NCBI GenBank assembly: GCA_023251555.1
Contig: JAHEYN010000002.1
Location: 19,783 to 83,782, forward strand
Length of the DNA: 64,000 bases
Direction of reading: 5' to 3'
DNA from: Bacteroidota bacterium
GTDB lineage: Bacteria; Bacteroidota; Bacteroidia; AKYH767-A; JAHEYN01
This document shows, piece by piece, positions 59,801 through 64,000 of this stretch. How positions within the stretch are numbered: position 1 is the stretch's first letter; every line of letters begins with the position of its first letter. Made by a program: the position numbers and the translations under genes. The notes beneath the pieces are model-generated. The model was not told where the DNA came from. It searched no databases and worked only from the letters and a program-made list of their open reading frames with translations.

Positions 59801-62259
59801 GTAATAGCGGTGCCGCTTATTCATGCGGTGTTTATAGCATTTATCAAAACAATATCCGGGTAATGAATAACACAATCAAGGATACGGTAACTGCTGTTGC
59901 TAACAAATACCCGATTTATATAGGTGCTGCTATCAATGCCAATGCTGATATAGCAAATAACTTTATACAGGTTGGCGGTATAGGTAATGCCAATTTGTAC
60001 ATGATATATGTAGCAAGCGGGGCTAAGGGAACATCCAATACCAATAACATTTACAACAATAATATTAACTATTGCACTGCCTCAACAACTTTCTATGGAA
60101 TTTATATTTACTGTGCAACAGGTTTGCCTGGTACAGGAACTGCATTAACAACAAATATTTACAGTAACCAAATCTCTTATTGTGTAAGTCAAAACTCATT
60201 CATAGGAATGTCCGAATCCAATTACGATTCTTATACAGCTATTAACAACAGTTCGTCTGCTAATCAGCTTGGCACACATGCCCTCAATGTTCATGATAAT
60301 ATTGAGCATGATTGCTCTGCTCCTATTGGTCTTTACGCACTGTACTCAAGCAGTGAGTCAGGGATTGCCAATATATACAACAATTCACTTTATAGTTGTA
60401 TTTGTAATAATGCAAGCGCTCCCACACAATGCAGAGGATTTGTCTGTAATGGCGGAACGAGTGATTCTTTAACAACCAACATGTATAACAATACAGTGCA
60501 TGACATTACGCTGAATTCTCCTGTGAGTGCTTCCAGCATGCGTGCGATTGAACCGGGAGGTTCCAATGGCGTAATTCACGATAACACCGTATATAATATC
60601 ACGATGAATGAAGGATCCCCTACAGGCTGGTTGTATGGAATATACCTAACCGGGGGTATGGCTAATGCGCTTTTCGCTGTTTACAATAATACGATTTATA
60701 ATTTTACTACTTCCAGTCCAATCTATGGTATAATGTTAGATTCTTATCAGAAGAATACTCAAATTAATAATAACCTTGTTCATGATTTAACTTCAGGAAG
60801 TAGTGTTACGGGTCTTTGGAATTGGAACTCGGTAAGCACTGTTTATCTTAACACCCTTTACAATCTCACCGGGGGAACAGGTATAGCTTATGGTATTAAT
60901 ACTGCATGTCTGGCTAATGTATCCTATTATGACAATATAATTTATAATGTTTCAGCATCAACTGCTTATGGATTATATGGAGAATTTAATTTTGCTTCAG
61001 CCGCTAACCAGATAGATGTTTACCGTAACAAAATATACACGATAACCTCTACTGCTGCCTTGGCTACAACCGTGGCAGCCGGTATTTACATTTATCAGTC
61101 ATACAATCCGCGCTTCTACAATAATTTTATAGCGGATATAAAAGCTCCTAACAGCGCTAATCCTACAGGGGCCTATGGTATGTATGTGGCTACCGGTAGT
61201 ATTGCTTACATTTATTATAATTCCATTTACCTGAATGCCAGCAGCACAGGAGCAAATTTTGGTTCTGTTGGTTTATATGTAAGCGGAGCCCCGTCAGAGG
61301 AAATAATCAACAATTTGGTGGAAAACACTTCTACTCCCAATGGAACAGGAACAACAGTTGCATTAAGAGTGCCTTCCGTTGCCAGTCTTACAGGCACCAG
61401 TGATTATAATAATTATTATTCAGGTACGCCTTCGGCCACTAATTTAATATATTATGACGGTACAAATTCCATGCAGACATTAGCAGCTTATCAGGCTTTA
61501 GTGACTCCCCGCGAGGCAATGTCTCTGACTATTGATGCAGTGCCATTTTTTACATCTAACACTGATTTACATTTATCTAATTGCGTTAATTGTGTTCTCC
61601 TGGATAAGGCTATTCCCATTGCACTGCCTACCAATGATATTGATTTGGAAACAAGACCAATGGGACTGGCCCCTGAAATGGGAGCAGACGAAATAACAGG
61701 TGTTCTGCCAATAAAATTATTGGATTTCAGAGGGGAAAACAAGCAGCATGAAAATTATTTGTACTGGACAGCAGTATCTGAAATCAACAACGATTATTTT
61801 ATTGTTGAACGAAGCAACAACAATGAGAAAGATTTTGAAGAAACAGGAAAAGTAAAAGGAGCAGGGAATAGTAATACAATGATGAGTTATGAGTATTCGG
61901 ATAACAATTATTCTCAGGGGATGAATTATTACCGGCTAAAACAAGTTGACTTTGATGGTAATTACACTTATTCCAAAACGATTTCGATTAGTAACGGACA
62001 AAACAACAAATCCATAATTAATATTTATCCTGTTCCATGTAATCAAGAACTGAATTATGAATTTTACTCGGAAGGAAGCTCTTTGACAAATATTACTGTA
62101 ACGGATGTATTGGGAAATGTTGTTGTACAAGAACAAATAAAAACAAAACGAGGAATAGCTAAATCAAAGCTGAACATTGAGAATTTATCTGAAGGGGTGT
62201 ATTTTTTAAGAATGGAAAATGGAACAGGGCAATCACAAATTAAATTTGTGAAAGAATAA
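56842..62259 (+). CDS. Large (1805 aa) T9SS type A cargo with two beta-helix modules separated by a BNR-associated N-terminal-like domain
   Basis: Signal peptide SFA/Q; N.I/GIY/YNN parallel beta-helix pattern; internal duplicate of KSGAGANP.I...DGI....G..Y..FDGIDL; NYFWLTYDI; D/EMGADE; LPIKL module; KFVKE. Confidence 0.87.
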   Translation: MKKITNYLKFFVLILLVNANVSFAQLTGIKTIPGTYATIALAITDLNTSGVGSGGVTFNIAAGYTETAVNLIITATGTTANPIVFQKSGAGANPLITAGNGTTTNLDGIIKLQGVNYITFDGIDLVDPASNNTNTLAMEFGYAVLKNAVFSLGSQHITIKNCVITLQSTVTQSTGIYSNNHTPSSASALVTNPSYMNEFPNAYNQYTNNTISNSTWGIRLVSYSTANYQYTVYLDHDNQISGNTISSFGGSNVAATSGIYIYYQLSAIVTNNNISNGSTTLAIAVYGIYDIGAITPTTAVNKIYSNTISSISNSGTGIVYGIYASSVSDYTDIYQNTINTLSATGAGVYGIYKAGAGTLLNVYGNKIYDLSTTGASSVAYGVQIAAGVTSNLYNNIIGDLRATVSTSVNAVIGMDFQTPAGTFVNAYYNSIYISGTGGAGFGSSGINSSTNPTLALKNNLVVNACTPGTGLVVAFRRSSTTLTSYSATSGNNLFYAGVPSASHLIYYDGTNSDQTICTFKDRMVAPRETGSVTELPSFISTVSSNVNFLHLNTAVANLAESGGVEIAGYTTDYDGTGTRPAGGYPLAGQTKGGGFKPDIGADETDATPGVMTYQCSNTVQVTGIATQGGTNNNIIRIDVSATGYTTPKSVTQFTVNANGTTAIANINAATAKIYYTGTDSNFSAIGLFGGTTPTIANFNINGSQALQAGVNYFWLTYDIGVAAPCGNFIDGECISMIVAAASKTPSVTAPAGNKIIKGGCSIPFYTIDNTLPASCSNYINFTTAIADLNLGTPGCPVVYHVKAGQTFNESNMTITASGTAANTITFVKSGAGANPVIKAVAGTGTLDGIVKFSGADYVIFDGIDLQENATNVTTTTQMEWGFALLKSDFTNGSQHIQIKNCSITLDKTNPSATGIYGGNHTPASVTQLVPINISGTNSYNTIDAVTISNVATGISLSGYNSTVAPYSFYDQQNYIGVTSGNTFTSFGNSGAAYSCGVYSIYQNNIRVMNNTIKDTVTAVANKYPIYIGAAINANADIANNFIQVGGIGNANLYMIYVASGAKGTSNTNNIYNNNINYCTASTTFYGIYIYCATGLPGTGTALTTNIYSNQISYCVSQNSFIGMSESNYDSYTAINNSSSANQLGTHALNVHDNIEHDCSAPIGLYALYSSSESGIANIYNNSLYSCICNNASAPTQCRGFVCNGGTSDSLTTNMYNNTVHDITLNSPVSASSMRAIEPGGSNGVIHDNTVYNITMNEGSPTGWLYGIYLTGGMANALFAVYNNTIYNFTTSSPIYGIMLDSYQKNTQINNNLVHDLTSGSSVTGLWNWNSVSTVYLNTLYNLTGGTGIAYGINTACLANVSYYDNIIYNVSASTAYGLYGEFNFASAANQIDVYRNKIYTITSTAALATTVAAGIYIYQSYNPRFYNNFIADIKAPNSANPTGAYGMYVATGSIAYIYYNSIYLNASSTGANFGSVGLYVSGAPSEEIINNLVENTSTPNGTGTTVALRVPSVASLTGTSDYNNYYSGTPSATNLIYYDGTNSMQTLAAYQALVTPREAMSLTIDAVPFFTSNTDLHLSNCVNCVLLDKAIPIALPTNDIDLETRPMGLAPEMGADEITGVLPIKLLDFRGENKQHENYLYWTAVSEINNDYFIVERSNNNEKDFEETGKVKGAGNSNTMMSYEYSDNNYSQGMNYYRLKQVDFDGNYTYSKTISISNGQNNKSIINIYPVPCNQELNYEFYSEGSSLTNITVTDVLGNVVVQEQIKTKRGIAKSKLNIENLSEGVYFLRMENGTGQSQIKFVKE

Positions 62260-62294
62260 ATAATAATACTTAATAAAGTAAAAACTCAAAATCA

Positions 62295-64000
62295 ATGAAA
62301 AAAATTACCAATCACTTGAAGGTTTTTGCACTGATTATATTGGTCAGTGCAAATGCATCTTTTGCCCAGCTTACCGGAATAAAAACCATTCCGGGAACCT
62401 ATGCTTCCATTGCACTGGCAATTGCTGACCTGAATACGCAGGGAGTGGGAGCCGGAGGAGTAACTTTCAATGTTACTGCCGGTCATACAGAAACGGCAGT
62501 CAATCTTATTATTACTGCCACCGGCACAAGTGCTAATCCTATAGTATTTCAAAAAAGCGGGGCAGGGGCAAATCCCCTGGTAACGGCGGGAGCGGGCGGA
62601 GGAACAGCAGACGGGATCATAGAGTTGCAGGGAACCGATTACATTACTTTTAATGCCATTGACCTTATGGAAGATGCAGTGGGGAATATTACTGCCACGA
62701 CCCGTATGGAATGGGGGTATGGAGTGTGTAAAAATACCAACAACGACGGGTGCAATAATGTAACCATCAGGAATTGCAACATCTCGCTTAATACGGGGGG
62801 ATTGCTTAATCCTACCTCCGTGGGAATTGAGCAGGGAAATCATACGCCTATTTCCACCGCTGCTTTGGCAGCACCCACAATGGCGGCAGGCCGGCAAAAT
62901 AATAACAAATACTTCAGCAATATTATCAGCTATTGCATGGCTGGTATCAGGCTGACAGGTTACGGGTCGCTTGCATACCAGGATGCCGGGACCGAAGTGG
63001 GAGTGAGCGGGGGCAATACCATTTCAAATATAGGAGGAGGCGGAGCTACCTGTTATGCCATATATGCTTCTAACCAGGATGCAATAAAAATTGACAACAA
63101 TATTATTTCGAATGTTACCAACGGAACGACTTTTTCCTCATACGGCATATATAATTCCTCCACTTTTGGCACTATAGGGGCAACTACGGAATGTGCCGGC
63201 AACTCTGTGACAAATTTCACTACCACCTGCACCACCGGCGCTCTTTACGGCATGTACATTTACACGCAGAATGATAAAAATGTTTTTAATAATACGCTTA
63301 ATACCTTTTCAAATGCAGGGACCGGCGCTGTTTACGGCATGTATCTTTATTATAACAGCAACATCGCAAATATCTACCAGAACAGCATCACAAATATCTC
63401 ATCGGTGAATGGTACAGTGGTGACAGGCCTTTTACAGCAAAGCTCAAACTGCTGTTACACTATAAATGTGTACAATAATAAAATCGGGGGAATATCAACA
63501 TCTTCCGCTTCCGCTGCTGCAAAAGTGGAAGGGCTTAACATACAGGGATCCGGAACCACATTAAACCTTTATTATAATATTATCGGGGACTTAAGCGCAA
63601 CCAGTGCCACCAACGCGACGCTCTCTCTTGTGGGCATAGATTTAAGCAGCATGACTGCGGCTACAGCCATCAATCTTTATTATAATTCAGTTTATATTGC
63701 AGGAGCCGGGGGCGTTAACTTCGGCACAGTCGGAATATATGAATCCACGACTCCCACTACTACTCTTATTGACAATATTATTGTAAATAACTGCACCCCT
63801 TCCGGCACCGGGCGGGCGATTGCTCACTACAGGACCACCGCCACTCAAACCACATATTCTTCCACAAGCAACAATAATCTTTTTTATGCCGGCACACCGG
63901 GAGCTTCCAATCTGCTTTATTTTGACGGAACGAACTCTGACCAGACCATCACTGCATATCAGACCAGGATGTCGCCAGGGGAAGCTAATTCCGTGAGTGA
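62295..64000 (+). CDS. Paralog of 56842-62259, 3'-truncated by window (absent from the ORF track)
   Basis: ATG 62295 gives MKKITNHLKVFALIILVSANASFAQLTGIKTIPGTY, near-identical to the previous gene start; the same frame at the window end reads LLYFDGTNSDQT...MSPGEANSVS, matching the paralog. Confidence 0.85.
   Translation, partial: MKKITNHLKVFALIILVSANASFAQLTGIKTIPGTYASIALAIADLNTQGVGAGGVTFNVTAGHTETAVNLIITATGTSANPIVFQKSGAGANPLVTAGAGGGTADGIIELQGTDYITFNAIDLMEDAVGNITATTRMEWGYGVCKNTNNDGCNNVTIRNCNISLNTGGLLNPTSVGIEQGNHTPISTAALAAPTMAAGRQNNNKYFSNIISYCMAGIRLTGYGSLAYQDAGTEVGVSGGNTISNIGGGGATCYAIYASNQDAIKIDNNIISNVTNGTTFSSYGIYNSSTFGTIGATTECAGNSVTNFTTTCTTGALYGMYIYTQNDKNVFNNTLNTFSNAGTGAVYGMYLYYNSNIANIYQNSITNISSVNGTVVTGLLQQSSNCCYTINVYNNKIGGISTSSASAAAKVEGLNIQGSGTTLNLYYNIIGDLSATSATNATLSLVGIDLSSMTAATAINLYYNSVYIAGAGGVNFGTVGIYESTTPTTTLIDNIIVNNCTPSGTGRAIAHYRTTATQTTYSSTSNNNLFYAGTPGASNLLYFDGTNSDQTITAYQTRMSPGEANSVS

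Noticed and set aside
1-64000. tRNA, rRNA, IS/transposase, integrase or prophage genes
   Set aside because: None recognisable by eye in the ORFs or intergenic regions.

Overview
Bacteroidota chromosomal DNA, judged from type IX secretion system (T9SS) cargo, a PorP/SprF gene, TAnnTTTG -7 promoters and AT-rich leaders without Shine-Dalgarno sites. Housekeeping blocks (dusB, ispG, pdxJ, rplU-rpmA, serS, rsmA, mrp-nifU) alternate with 12 genes that have visible T9SS C-terminal signals, plus a probable 13th cut by the window end. The cargo domains include PKD, SBBP, FG-GAP, IPT/TIG, beta-helix and BNR-associated N-terminal modules. The main candidate for an undescribed system is a set of four paralogous ~490-520 aa cytoplasmic all-helical proteins (N-terminal L..LIKSL..SEKRYFKL, C-terminal (F/Y)..WL.S(K/R)). 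Each is transcribed divergently from a T9SS cargo gene or cargo operon across a short AT-rich spacer, and three of the four spacers contain palindromes. I infer a family of local HTH-TPR (RRNPP-like) regulators of T9SS cargo. Also notable: a cobalamin riboswitch over a BtuG-like beta-propeller with a T9SS CTD instead of a lipid anchor, module shuffling and tandem duplication among cargo genes, and two small nuclease-bearing islets with possible attC-like remnants. All calls are from motif recognition by eye; no database searches were run.
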